64,000 bases of DNA from Mobula birostris (Eukaryota), in the NCBI RefSeq assembly GCF_030028105.1, contig NC_092397.1, positions 31,835,097-31,899,096 of the forward strand, read 5' to 3'. Below are positions 24,050 through 37,100 of this stretch, one piece after another. The notes under the pieces are model-generated. The model was not told where the DNA came from. It saw only the letters and a program-made list of their open reading frames with translations, and did no database searches. Made by a program: the position numbers and the translations under genes. Within the stretch, counting starts at the first letter, position 1. Each line of letters starts with the position of its first letter.

Positions 24050-26950
24050 ACCTGCACAGGGTCCATTCCCTGTACGTTATATTACATGACACCCTTACTC
24101 TTATGCTTAACACCCTGACCAGTGGAAACCAGCATTCTGCACACCTTATCCCGTTGTGTAGCCACATTCAGTGAACTATGTGCCTGGATCCCAAGATCAC
24201 TCTTTACACCAATGCTGTGAAGGGGTCAGACATTAACATTATACTTGCTTCTTTCATTTGACCTCCCAAACTGCAACGCCACATTCCCTCCCAGATTAAA
24301 TTCCTTCTGCAGCTACTCTGCATATCTGTTTGTGATCTGTATCCCACTGTGTGCATTGATCAATATCTACACTGTCCACAATTCCACCTATCTTGCTGTC
24401 ACCTGTAGACTTGTAAACCGCCCATCAACATTTTCATCCAAACATCGATATATATCAGAAACAACATAATTCCCAGCATCAATCCTTGTGGATCACCACT
24501 GCTCACAGACTTCCAGCCCTACTTAGCCTTCTATGAGAAAGCCATTTCTGAATTGAAATTGCAATTTATATTGAATCCCACTGCTCTTTTTCAAATGCCG
24601 TACTGAGGTTTATGTGGATCATGTCCACAGCCTTGCCCTCATCAAGCACCAAGATGTTGGGTCTCATTCTTTTCACATTATATGTCAATGATTTGGATGA
24701 TGGAATTCATGAATTTATTGCAAAATTTGCAGATGATATGAAGAGACAGGTGGAGGTGCAGGTATTTTTGAGGAAATAGGGAAGGACAGACAGATGAAGA
24801 GAATGGGCAAAGAAGTGGCAGATGGAATACAGAATTGGGAAGTGTATGGTCATGCACTTTGGTTGAAGAAATAGTAGGGTTGATTATTTTCTAAATGGAG
24901 AGAAGATACAAAAAATTGAGGTACAAAGGGATTTGGGAGTCATTGTGCAGGATTCTCTAAAGGCTAATTTGCAGGTTGGGTCTCTGCTGAGAAAGGCAAC
25001 TGTGATGTTAGCATTCATTTCAAGAGGACTGGAATATAAAAACAAGACTGTAATGTTGAGACTTTATGAAGTACTGGCAAAGTCTCACTTGGAGTATTGG
25101 GAGCAGTTTTGGGCCCTGTATGGAAGGCTGAGCTGAAACTGGATGGGTTTCAAACGAGATTCTCTGAAATGATTCCAGGATCAAACAGCTTGTCATATGA
25201 AGAACATTTCATGGCTCTGGGCCTTTTATTCACTGGAATTGAGAACAATGAGGGATGACTAATTGAAACCTATCACTGTGATAAAGTTGATGTGGAGAGG
25301 ATGGGAGTGTAAGACCAGAGGACACAGCCGCAGAATAGAGGAGCATCCTTTTAGAATGGAGATGAGGAGGAATTTCTTTAGAGAGAGTGGTGAATCTGTG
25401 GAATTCGTTGTCACAGGCAGCAGCTGTGGAGGCCAAGGTATATTTAAGGTAGAGATCGATAGATTCTTGATTGGTCAGAGCATGAAGGGACACATGGAGA
25501 AGGCAGGAGATTGGGGCTGAGAGGAAAAATGGATCAGCCACAATGAAATGTCAGAGCAGACTCGATGGGCCAAATGGTCTAATTCTACTCCTATACCTTA
25601 GTCTCTGTCATCACCTCACAAACCTCGAGCAACTTTGTCAAGCGTGATCTGCCCACACAAAACCATGCTGATTGTCCCTAAGCAGGCCATGCCTTTGCAA
25701 ATGTGCATAAATCCTGTACCTCAATATTTAACTCTGACCTGGTGGTCTTTAAACAACTCCCACATGTGGCTGCTCCCAATCAATGCCCCTTGGCTTCTGT
25801 CTTACTACGTCCTAACTTGCCCTCCTGCAATTTAGTACCTTCTTACAAGATCTAATTTTATTCTTACTCATAACTAAGAAAAATATAAGATCCCAAAATT
25901 TTCACTGAGTCTTGGCTGTCTCCTGGTCTGGTTCATTTCCCAAAACTAATTCCCACATGTTCTCAACTCTGGTTGGGCTCGACATAATGTTTCAAAATTT
26001 CCTCAGATTCACTAAAGAAATCTTGCGCTTCTTAGTATTGAGCAAATTCCAGTCAATTCGAGGGAAGATAAAGTCCCCCCACTGGTTATTGTGGGGCCAG
26101 TGCAAACATCCCAACAGTGTAACTGCAGATTGCCTCTGTAAATTAACCTTCCAGTTTGCAGTGACATTCCCAGTGGGGTAACCTCTGCATCTTTTAACCC
26201 CCCCCTCCCACCCCCACTCACATGTAAAACAATCAAACCCAGGAATGTTGAGCTGCCAGCCCTGTCCGTCCGACAACATAAAACTCCTAATGTTGAAATA
26301 AACTCATTTCAGCCCAGCAATCCCACCATGTTTATTAGCCTGACATTGGCGCTCGTTCTTTTCAGACTGTCTTGTCAGACATACATTCTCCCACTTGCTA
26401 CTCCAGTTCAAACTCTGCCAAGTGACACCATCAAACCTCCTGGTGAAGATATTGGTTCCGGTCCGGTTCAAATGCAAATGGTCTTGTTTGTCCCGGTCTC
26501 CCAGCTGCCTGGACCACCCATGAATCCATGAATCTGAAAACCTCCCTCCTGCATCAGTTCCTCAGCAACATATTAAACTGCGCGAAATATCGATTTCTCA
26601 CCACACTAGCGCATGGTTTTGGTCACAATTCCGCGATTACAATCCTGGAAGTCCTGCTTTTTTTTAACCTAGTTCTCTAAAACCACTGTGTAGGACTTAA
26701 CATCCCTGCTCGTTTAAACCCTTCCGTGTAGCACGAAGAAGGCTCCCCGGAAACATATTGGCTCCCCTCCTCCTTGGACCCGTCTCTCGTTTCCCTTGAG
26801 ACCCAAAGATCCTTGTACCTGAAGAACCACCCACCTCGCACCAGCTCCTCAGCCACCCCTTTACCTGGGCTTTAGAAGGCGCCAGAAGCGCGGTCTATAT
26901 ATCTGGTTATGTATCCTGTTCTTGTATGTGACCAGTCTTTCATTTCCCTG
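24050..26950. mobile_element. CR1-clade fragments (RT and 3' end at ~24650-25600 on +)
   Basis: KFADD, MLAFISRGLEYK, SHLEYWEQFW, KTRGHS..FRMEMRRNFF. Confidence 0.75.
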
Positions 26951-27179
26951 ACGACCCAAAGGAACAATTGTTCTAATGAATCAACCCCCTCATCACTGGA
27001 AGTGACTGCACCCTCGCCCACCAACTGCTGTGTGTGAGGGCGCTGACACTGGTCATGGGGCCGGGAGGGACAGACCGAGGTCCTCGGGGATTTGTAGAAT
27101 GGAAAAGCACTTCCTTTAATTTAAAGCAGGAGAATCGGCAAATTCCCAGAAAACCCCTAGTATGTACGTGGTGTGTGAG

Positions 27180-27739
<560 letters not shown>

Positions 27740-27772
27740 AAAACTCCCACTTCCTCCCGAGCACGAAACAAA

Positions 27773-27788
27773 GGCTCTTCTAAGAGCC
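27773..27788 (+). terminator. histone 3' stem-loop (H4)
   Basis: GGCTCT-TCTA-AGAGCC then ACCCA; purine-rich AGACGGAGCCG downstream. Confidence 0.95.
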
Positions 27789-28259
27789 ACCCACCGCCTC
27801 ACAGACGGAGCCGTATCCACAGACTTTTAATTATTTTTTATCGATACGTCCAGTTCAGTTGCATTTGAAACAGATTGATCGATTCCGCTTGAAACATACT
27901 GCAATTTTGCCTTTCCAGTCAGTGATTACCGCAAAACCTGCATTAGGATCGATTTTAATCCTCTATCAGTTTCGAACAGAAATCAGTTCACTCGTTTAGA
28001 GAACGATTCTGCAGTTGTGAATTTAAATCTTAACTGAGGAAATTAGATATTAAATTTATTAAACGAAACTGAATTTGTATAATTCGTCATACAATTAATT
28101 GTAAATAAAATGTAATCAAGCACCGTTGCTGGATGGTCTTCAATTGCCAGGCGATTTTAAATTAATCCGGCGCCAATCACGCTGCATGAATGAAGTCCGA
28201 CCGCTCGGCAAATTTTTATTTGTCGTAAATTTTTATTTGCCGCCAGCCTACAGGAAATG

Positions 28260-28346
28260 AATCAACCAATCGCAGTAAGGAACCTTAATAGACACCTGGT
28301 TCAGCCAATCAGAGGTGATGGGCAGACCCTTTCCAAAAGTATAAAA
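28260..28346 (+). promoter_or_regulatory. H3 promoter
   Basis: CCAAT at 28266 and 28305; TATAAAA 28340-28346. Confidence 0.8.
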
Positions 28347-28410
28347 TCCTGTCCCGAAGCACGTTTCGTCTATCTTGTTCCTGTATTTCAGCCCGTGTTG
28401 TCGGTTCTGA

Positions 28411-28827
<417 letters not shown>

Positions 28828-28856
28828 ACCCAGCCTCCACAACAAGCACAAGAAAA

Positions 28857-28872
28857 GGCTCTTTTAAGAGCC
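28857..28872 (+). terminator. histone 3' stem-loop (H3)
   Basis: GGCTCT-TTTA-AGAGCC; HDE-like AAAGGAAAGGGCTGT downstream. Confidence 0.95.
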
Positions 28873-29681
28873 ACTACCACAGCAAAGGAAAGGGCTGTCG
28901 CTTGCTGATTATTGTAGTGACGATCTGCCTTCCTGATGGGGTTGTTCGGTTTCGCATTAACTGACCGCAATCATCAGCTGTTCTGTGCCGACAGGTTAAT
29001 TCAGCAAGAGACAGGAGATGAACGCGCTCCCTCCCTGTCAGGGTCTCATCTGGCCCTTCACTTCTCCCACAAACCTGGCATGTACAGCTGCTGCGGCTGT
29101 TACCGTTTTGTTTTCTTTCGACATGCCCGGCTGTCCTTGGAGTGGGAGCATGCGGTCGCGATGGGTACAGTGGGAGATTTCCGAGAGCGGTAATTATATA
29201 TTTTTGATTTTATTCTTGTAAATGTTGTGTAAATAAACTTTTGTAGCTGGTACCTGATTGAAGGTCAGTCGGCAAAGTCGCCGGGAAGGTTATCATATAT
29301 CTTCCCCCTGCAGTCCATCCCCAGAGACAGATCCCTCTCTCAAGACGCCCCCTCCCCTCTCACATTGGTTTCAGCAGTTCCCAATCAACTCAGCTGAATC
29401 GGGCTTTGGGATGCGAGGTGCGGAATCTCAGTCACGCTGTCCTGGAGCGGGAGAAGGAACTGGGCCTGCAGACCACCCCACCGGTCTCACTCTCTCTCAC
29501 ACACACACAACCCGAGTGAAACGCAGCGTTTCACTTCAAATCTGGGACGTCAGGGCCGCTCTGAATGTCAGAGAGGTACCGGGAAAATCGGGTTTTATGC
29601 GATAAGTTCCCCCGCAAAACTCAGTCGGACCCGGCGCGGGAATCACAATATTCACGATCAGCTCTTTTCTGAGATGTGGGT

Positions 29682-29697
29682 GGCTCTGAGAAGAGCC
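29682..29697 (-). terminator. histone 3' stem-loop (H1)
   Basis: GGCTCT-TCTC-AGAGCC then ACCCA; HDE AAAAGAGCTG at ~29659-29668 (minus). Confidence 0.95.
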
Positions 29698-29733
29698 GTT
29701 GGGTTCAAACACTTACAAACGGTATACCTTAAT

Positions 29734-30384
29734 TCACTTTTTGACTGCTGTCTTCTTGGCCGCCTTCTTCTTCGGGGCTGCGAGTTTCTTGGGGCTCTTT
29801 GGCTTCGACGCCGCTGGTTTCTTAGCTGCCGCTTTTTTAGCCGCTGGTTTCTTAGCTGCCGTTTTTTTAGCCGCTGGTTTCTTAGCTGCCGCTTTTTTAG
29901 CCGCTGGTTTCTTAGCTGCCGCTTTTTTAGCCGCTGGTTTCTTCGCTGCCGCTTTCTTAGCCGCTGGGTTCTTGGCGCCAGACTTCTTGCTTGGAGATTT
30001 CTTGATGGCAGATTTCTTTACCGATGGTTTGTTCGCTTTCTTCACCGCTTTCACGGCACTTTTTCCTTGACCGGATTTAAAGGATCCCGAAAGACCCGCG
30101 CCCTTGGTCTGAACCAAGGAGCCGCTTTCCACTCTCTTCCTGATGCACATCCTGATCTGGGCGCGACGTTTCCCCACATCGACACCGCTGCTGGTCAGAG
30201 CCTTCATGATGGCCACAGCGGACATTCCCTTCCGATCGCGACAATCCGCCACAATCTTATCGATTTGTTCGCCCAGCTTGGGACCGGCTGGTTTGCTCCG
30301 GCCGGCCGCCTTCTTCTTGGGAGTCTTCTTTGCGGCGGCGGGTGCGGCTGGAGGAGCCGTTTCGGCGGGTGCTGTCTCGGTCAT
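29734..30384 (-). CDS. H1: linker histone H1 with divergent globular domain
   Basis: 216 aa; MTETAPAETAPPA N-terminus, GSLVQTKGAGLSGSFK wing motif, K/A/P-rich tail; stem-loop and H1-box present. Confidence 0.96.
   Translation of the reverse strand: MTETAPAETAPPAAPAAAKKTPKKKAAGRSKPAGPKLGEQIDKIVADCRDRKGMSAVAIMKALTSSGVDVGKRRAQIRMCIRKRVESGSLVQTKGAGLSGSFKSGQGKSAVKAVKKANKPSVKKSAIKKSPSKKSGAKNPAAKKAAAKKPAAKKAAAKKPAAKKAAAKKPAAKKTAAKKPAAKKAAAKKPAASKPKSPKKLAAPKKKAAKKTAVKK
29811..29970. repeat. coding 30-bp tandem repeat (5 copies) in the H1 tail
   Basis: CTTAGCTGCCGCTTTTTTAGCCGCTGGTTT units starting at 29821, 29851, 29881, 29911, 29941, encoding KKPAAKKAAA. Confidence 0.95.
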
Positions 30385-30454
30385 GTCGGCGACTCTGGAA
30401 AATGCTTCTCACAATCAGACTGAATGAGAACTGAAGCGAAAGGCGGCGGCCCAG

Positions 30455-30535
30455 AGCAATTTAAAGACAGCGAGCGGACGGGGCGGAGACATCCTGCTGT
30501 CAGCTTCCGGAGACTTCATTTTTCTGTGTTTCTCT
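30455..30535 (-). promoter_or_regulatory. H1 promoter
   Basis: TTTAAA TATA-like ~30460-30465; GC box ~30480-30486; H1-box AAACACA at 30525-30531 (minus). Confidence 0.8.
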
Positions 30536-30929
30536 CTCCTCAAAAACTCTCCGATTCCAATTAAAATCGGACACTCCAGAGACCCAGACTGGTCCTTGTC
30601 CGTCACTGAGGCCGCAAAGTTCGCCGGAAAGAGAGTTTAATCGGGATTAAAGGCAGCCCTTTCTATTTTAACCCGTTTGATTACTGCACTGCCCGCGATC
30701 TCTCTCCATTTTGTTGACCTGTTCTCTGCTTTTCGGCTGAAATTTTGAAACTAACTAAAACTTTGCGATTAATTCCCGCTTCGGGACTGAGCTGGGGAGT
30801 GGGGCGATCCCATAACAGAGAAATCTTTTCTTTTTGTACAGGAGGCGCTGGGAAATCCGGCGATGTGTTCGGACCCACAAACACAGTGATACTCGTCTAA
30901 TCGCCCGCCGCTTTAAAACACTCTCTCTG

Positions 30930-31080
30930 AATCAGCAAGTCAGGCAGCATCAATGGTGAGAATAAACAGTGGACATTTCGGGCCGAGTCCCTTCATCAGG
31001 ACTCTGGTGGGAGATGCTGCCTGACTTGCTGGGTTCCTCCAGCATTTTGGCCGCGTTGTTCGCCATTCCCAGAATCTCTT
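30930..31080. mobile_element. short PLE-derived fold-back element with hammerhead-like core
   Basis: Minus strand 30968-31003 reads AGTC-CTGATGA-AGGGACTCGGCCC-GAAA-TG-TC-CACT. Confidence 0.7.
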
Positions 31081-31199
31081 GTCGTTATGCTGACACAATG
31101 TTCACATCTGCACCTTCAGAGGCCTGTACTGCTGTCAGAACAAAACGACAGGTTCCTCGTCATATAACACGGTGATAAATCTGATTCTGATTCCAAGGA

Positions 31200-34100
31200 A
31201 TAAAGGACAAAGGACATTGTCTGACCAAACTGACTATGTAACTGAGAACCTCGGGTCCGGGAAATATACCTTGGAAATCTTTTCTACACTTTCCCCAGTT
31301 TAACCACGTTTCCTATAATGGTGACAAGAGCTGTATACAAATCGGCAAGTGTGTCCTCCAGTCATTTACACAACTGTGACATAATGTCACAACTGATATA
31401 CTCTATCCCCTGACTAATGAAGACCAGCATGTTAAACCCCGTTCTTCACCACCCTGTCTGCAAGTGACACAACTTTCAATGAACTGTGTTCACTTTACCC
31501 CTAAATCTCTCCGGCCCATTCCAGTCCCCAATGACCGATCTTTCATAGTGTAAGTTCTACACTGGTTTGACTTTCCAATATGCACCGCCTCACACTTATC
31601 TGTATTGAAATGCATTTGCCACACTTGACCCTCTTCCCTAAGTGATCATGAGCACCCTGTAATCCGCGACATCCTTCCAAGTTAAGTTGAGGGAAGTTTC
31701 TCCAACTCATTAATAAAACTTTTGTGCACTGGCATTGATCAGTGAAGGTCAGTGAAACCTTGTCCATTCTTGCCTCTTTTACTCTTCATATATCTGAAAA
31801 TAAATCTTTTTGTATCTTGTTTCTATTATTGGCCAGTTACTTTCATAATTCATCTGAGTTCTGCATATTGTTATTATAGTTGTTCTGTTTTTTTGTTTTA
31901 AGTTTCCCATTCCTTTAGCTTCCCATTAATTTTGGTGATATTCTTTGCCCTCTCATGTTCTTTTATGCTGCCTTTGTCTTCTGTTGTTAGCGATGGTTGC
32001 CTCATCCTCCCTTTTAAATACTGTTTCTGCTGAGGGATGAACCGATCCTGTGTCTGCCAAATTTCTCCTGGAGACTGAAACTTTTCACACAAGGTAATCT
32101 GGGAAAGTTGAAATGCCCAACTGCTGTAAACTTGTTCCCATTACCCCTCTGTGTGATTTACTAATATGTCTGCTGCACAATATCTGAGCCGATTGGGAGG
32201 CCGGCAGTATAATCCCATCAAAATCATCATTCATCATTTTATTTAAAACCTATACTTACAAGACCTCATCAAAACCCCTCTTATTACTGAAGTGTTGGTC
32301 TCCTTATTCAAAGATGCAACATCCCCCACCCATAAGGTAGCTTTTAAATGTTTCCCCTTCATCTTAAACCATTACCCTGTAAATTTAGGCTTCCCTACCC
32401 TACAAAAAGAGTGCCCACCTACTGATTTTGTAAACCTCTGGACGGTCACCAGACAGCTCCTTACACTCTCAGGAGAGAGAAAGAGAGTCCCAGTCTGTCC
32501 AGCTTCTGCTGATAATTAAAGTCCACCAGTGTCAGTAGCATTCTCATCAAACTTCCCTCCACCCTTGCCAGCTTCATGACATCTTTCCTGCAACTGGATG
32601 ACCAGAACTGTGCAAAATACAGTCTGGTCTCACTTTGACTTTTACAGCTGTCATACGGCATCCCAAATTCTCTACTCAGTTCCCTGATCAATGAAGACAA
32701 ATAGGCCAAACACCACCTTCACCATCCTGACTACCTGTGTTGTCTCTTTCAGTGAATGATGTTTCTGTATTTCATGGACCCTCTTCTGTAATACTCTCCA
32801 AGGGACAAGAATTTACTGTGCAGATCCTTCCCTGGTTGAACTTCTCATAATGCAACACCTCAAACTTGTCCACATCAATATCCTTCTGCCATTTTTTGGC
32901 CGTCTTCCCCAGTTAATCTCCATCCTATTGTACTCTCACACAATCTTCACAGTCCACACTACCACCAGCATTGCTGTCATCTGCAAACTCACTGTCACCA
33001 CAATGTCAGAAAATTGTTAATGTAGATGACAATTGACAGTACCAGCATCGATCCCTGTGACTGTCACTGGTCAGAGGCCTCCAACCTGAATAACAAGCTG
33101 CCATGACCACCCTCTGCCTCCTTCCATCAAGACAAGTATCTTGTCTGGCATCCCCTCTGCTCCAAATGTGTAATACAAAAGAAATAAAGATTAAATCAAA
33201 ATATATCTACCTATGGCCTACATCTCTCAGAAGAGACAAAACCTGAACTCCCCACTCCAATTCTGGCCCACTCATACAATGACCGCTCTGGTTAAGTATA
33301 ACTTTTTATTGGATCTTGCCACGTTCCGAATTATGGGCAATCAAACATTTCCTCGGGAACTGTGACATGCAAAATGTGCCAACTGCCCAGGTTCACTTCA
33401 TCAAACTCCCTCTCCTTTTATATAATCTGATGACTGTGTGGAACTGTGGCACTCAAAACTGTGGACTGCAGGAAACCAGAGTACATGCCTGCACTGTTCT
33501 ACAAGGCCACAAATGATTAAAAAAACACTGTATAACAAACACTGGAATTCCCCAACTGAGATGAATGGGGAGGCTGGATAACTGAAAAGATTCAAAGAGA
33601 AGGAAGATAAATGTTTGTAAAATCAGGGAAGTGGGATTGACATACAAGGAAGGCTGATGGCAGATCAGACTTTATATGGAATTGTGGGTGAGGGACTAAG
33701 AGAGGACACACTGGAGGGTTCATCCAGTGGGACAATGTGGATAGAGCTCAGGATAAGAGAGGTGCATTCACTGATGGGGTTATACCACAGGCCTCCCAAA
33801 TGCCGGCAGGAGATAAAGGAACAGAAATGTAGCAGGTAATGAAAGATGTAAAAGCAACAGGGTAGTTGCAGTGGGTGACTAATTTCCCCAATGTTGACTG
33901 GGACTCCCTTAGAGTCAGGGGCTTAGATATCACCGAATATGTTAGAAGAATACTGGGATGTTACTTAACATAGAAGTGGATAGTCTAACCCGGGAAGGGA
34001 GCCATAGAAACATAGAAACATAGAAAATAGGTGCAGGAGTAGGCCATTCGGCCCTTTGAGCCTGCACCGCCATTTATTATGATCATGGCTGATCATCCAA

Positions 34101-37100
34101 CTCAGAACCCCGCCCCAGTCTTCCCTCCATACCCCCTGACCCCCGTAGCCACAAGGGCCATATCTAACTCCCTCTTAAATATAGCCAGTGAACTGGCCTC
34201 AACTGTTTCCTGTGGCAGAGAATTCCACAGATTCACCACTCTCTGTGTGAAGAAGTTTTTCCTAATCTCGGTCCTAAAAGGCTTCCCCTCTATCCTCAAA
34301 CTGAGGCCCCTCGTTCTGGACTTCCCCAACATCGGGAACAATCTTCCTGCATCTAGCCTGTCCAATCCCTTTAGGATCTTATACGTTTCAATCAGATCCC
34401 CCCTCAATCTTCTAAATTCCAACGAGTACAAGCCCAGTTCATCCAGTCTTTCTTCATATGAAAGTCCTGCCATCCCAGGAATCAATCTGGTGAACCTTCT
34501 TTGTACTCCCTCTATGGCAAGGATGTCTTTCCTCAGATTAGGGGACCAAAACTGCACACAATACTCCAGGTGTGGTCTCACCAAGGCCTTGTACAACTGC
34601 AGTAGTACCTCCCTGCTCCTGTACTCGAATCCTCTCGCTATAAATGTCATAGAAAACATTGTATTGGGAAATGAGCCTGGCCATTGATAGAAGTTTCATT
34701 TTGGGAACAGTAAATAAGGACAAGACTGGACCTGGTGGTAATATGGTCATTTGGGGTACAGTTGATTGCAACTGTCTACATTGAACATGTAAATGATGTT
34801 TAAAAGCAATCGGGTCAGAATTCAGACAGAACTGTTTCTATGAGGAGGAAACACAAGGATGGTAAAGTCTGGCAGAGGGGCATAGTGAGAGATGTTATGA
34901 ATTCAGACTGAAAGAAAATGAAGGATAAGGAATATTTCAGAAGTAGAAATTGGAGAAAGCCTCTGGCAACATGAAACAAGTAAGAGAGAAGTTAGAGAGA
35001 GAATCAGAAGTGTGAAACGGGAAGAAGAAATAACTTTGGTGAGAAGGGGCACTGCGAAGAGGGTACGACAACACAAGCACAGAGGAGAGAGTTTATGTCT
35101 GAAGTGTGCGAAGGACTAAACCTGTACTTCTCATCAGTATTCATCAATGTGGTCATGGAGGATAGTGAGATCAGAGAAGGGAATGTTGATATTCCAGGGC
35201 ATGTTGTTCCTCAGGCAATGGAGACAAATTACAGATTGGTGAGTCTTGGATCAATGTTCGGGAAATTATTCGAGAATATTATTAGAGATAGGATCTCTAA
35301 TAAAAGTTTGGAGGGTAAAAGGAGGATATCATGATTCAGAAGGCAAAGTGAGCAAAATCCAAGAGATTCTCTTGGTATATTCATAGGAAAAGTTAAGTTA
35401 GACACAGAATCGTTCCCCTTGGAGGTGAACATGGCCATCTGTGTGTGGAGGCAAATGAAATAGGAGAGGCTATCCATGAATATTTCTGACAGTTATTTCA
35501 CCATTGCAAAAATTCTTTAAGGTTGTTAAATCTCCAGGGCTTTCATCAGGTACATTCTCGTACTTTGTGGGAAGCTGGAGAATACACTGTGGAGGCCAGG
35601 GGAGAGATTATTTTGCTTCATCTCAGGCACCAGTTGAGGTTGCACATGATTGGACAGGGTGAGCAATGTGGAATTGATAGTTTTGAGGCCCAGACTGTGA
35701 ATGATATGAAGAGGCAGGCTGTGTTGAGGAAGCAGGGAGTCTGCAGTAGCACTTGACAGATTTAGAGAATGGACAAGGAAGTGCCAGATGAAATACAGTG
35801 TAATGAAGTGTGTGGTCATGTACTCTGGTAGGAGGAATAACACCCTAGGCTCTTTCTAATCAGGGAGAGAACAGAAATCAGTTGTGTGAAGGGTCTTAGT
35901 GCACGATTCCCTAAAGGTTAATGCACACATTGAGTTGGTAGTGAGGAAGGCAAATGTAATACTTGCATGCATTTCAAGAGAACTAGAAAATAAAAACAAG
36001 GATCTAATGCTGAGGCTTTGGTCAGACCTTATTTGGAGTATCATGAGCAGGCTTGGGTAACTTTTCTAAGAAAGGATGTGCTGGCATTGCAGAGGCTGTA
36101 GTGGAAATTCATGAGAATGATCCCAGGACTGAAAGAGTTAGGATGTAATAATCATTTGATAATCTGGGCCTGCAGTCACTGGAGTCTAGAAGAATGAGGG
36201 AGAATCTTATAGAAACACATTGAATATTGAACGGCCTAGATAGCGTTGATGTGAGAGGATGTTTCCAATAATGGAGGAATCTAGAACCAAACCACACCCT
36301 CAATAAAAGATGCCCCTCTAGAATAGAGATGAGTAATTTCTTTAGTCAGAAGGTGATGAATCAATGGATTTCATTTCCACAGGCAGCCATAAAGGCAGTC
36401 AGTGTTTTTTTTTAAAGCAGAGGTTAGTAGATTTTTAATTATTATTAAGGGTATCAAAGTTTATGGGTAGAAGGCAGGAGAATGGGGTTGAGATGGATAT
36501 ATGATGGAATGGCAGAACAGACTGAATGGGCCAAAAGGCCTAATCCTGCTCCTGTGACTTCAGGACTGATGGTTTATGCGCTGCCATTGTTCAAAAAGGG
36601 TAGTGGAAACTACAGGCCCATCAGTCTGTAATTTGTTGGAAGAGTTTCTGATGAACAGGATCCACCAAAATTTGGTTTGATTCAAGACAGTCAGCACAGT
36701 TTTGTGCAAGGAAAATTATGTCTGGTAATTTCTTGCAGCCCTTTGAGGGGTTTCACAAGGGCGTAGATGAGGTTAGGGCTGTGGATGTTGTTTATATGGA
36801 CATTAGCCAAGCCTTTGATTATAGTCTGGAAGGTTAGATCTAGAAACTGGAATCTGGGGAGATAGTTGATCGATTCCATAATTGCCTCCGTGACAGGAGG
36901 CAGAGGCTGATGGTTGAGGGTTGTGTCTCAGACTGGAGCTGTCTGTCTAGTGGTGTGCCACTGGGTGACAGGACCTTTGTTGTTTGTAATTTATATAAAT
37001 AATGTCCATCTGAATGTGTAATTCACTGAAAGTGACGTCTCAGCTAGATACGGTGGTGAAGATGGGGTTTGATCTGCTGGCCTTCATCATTCATGTCACT

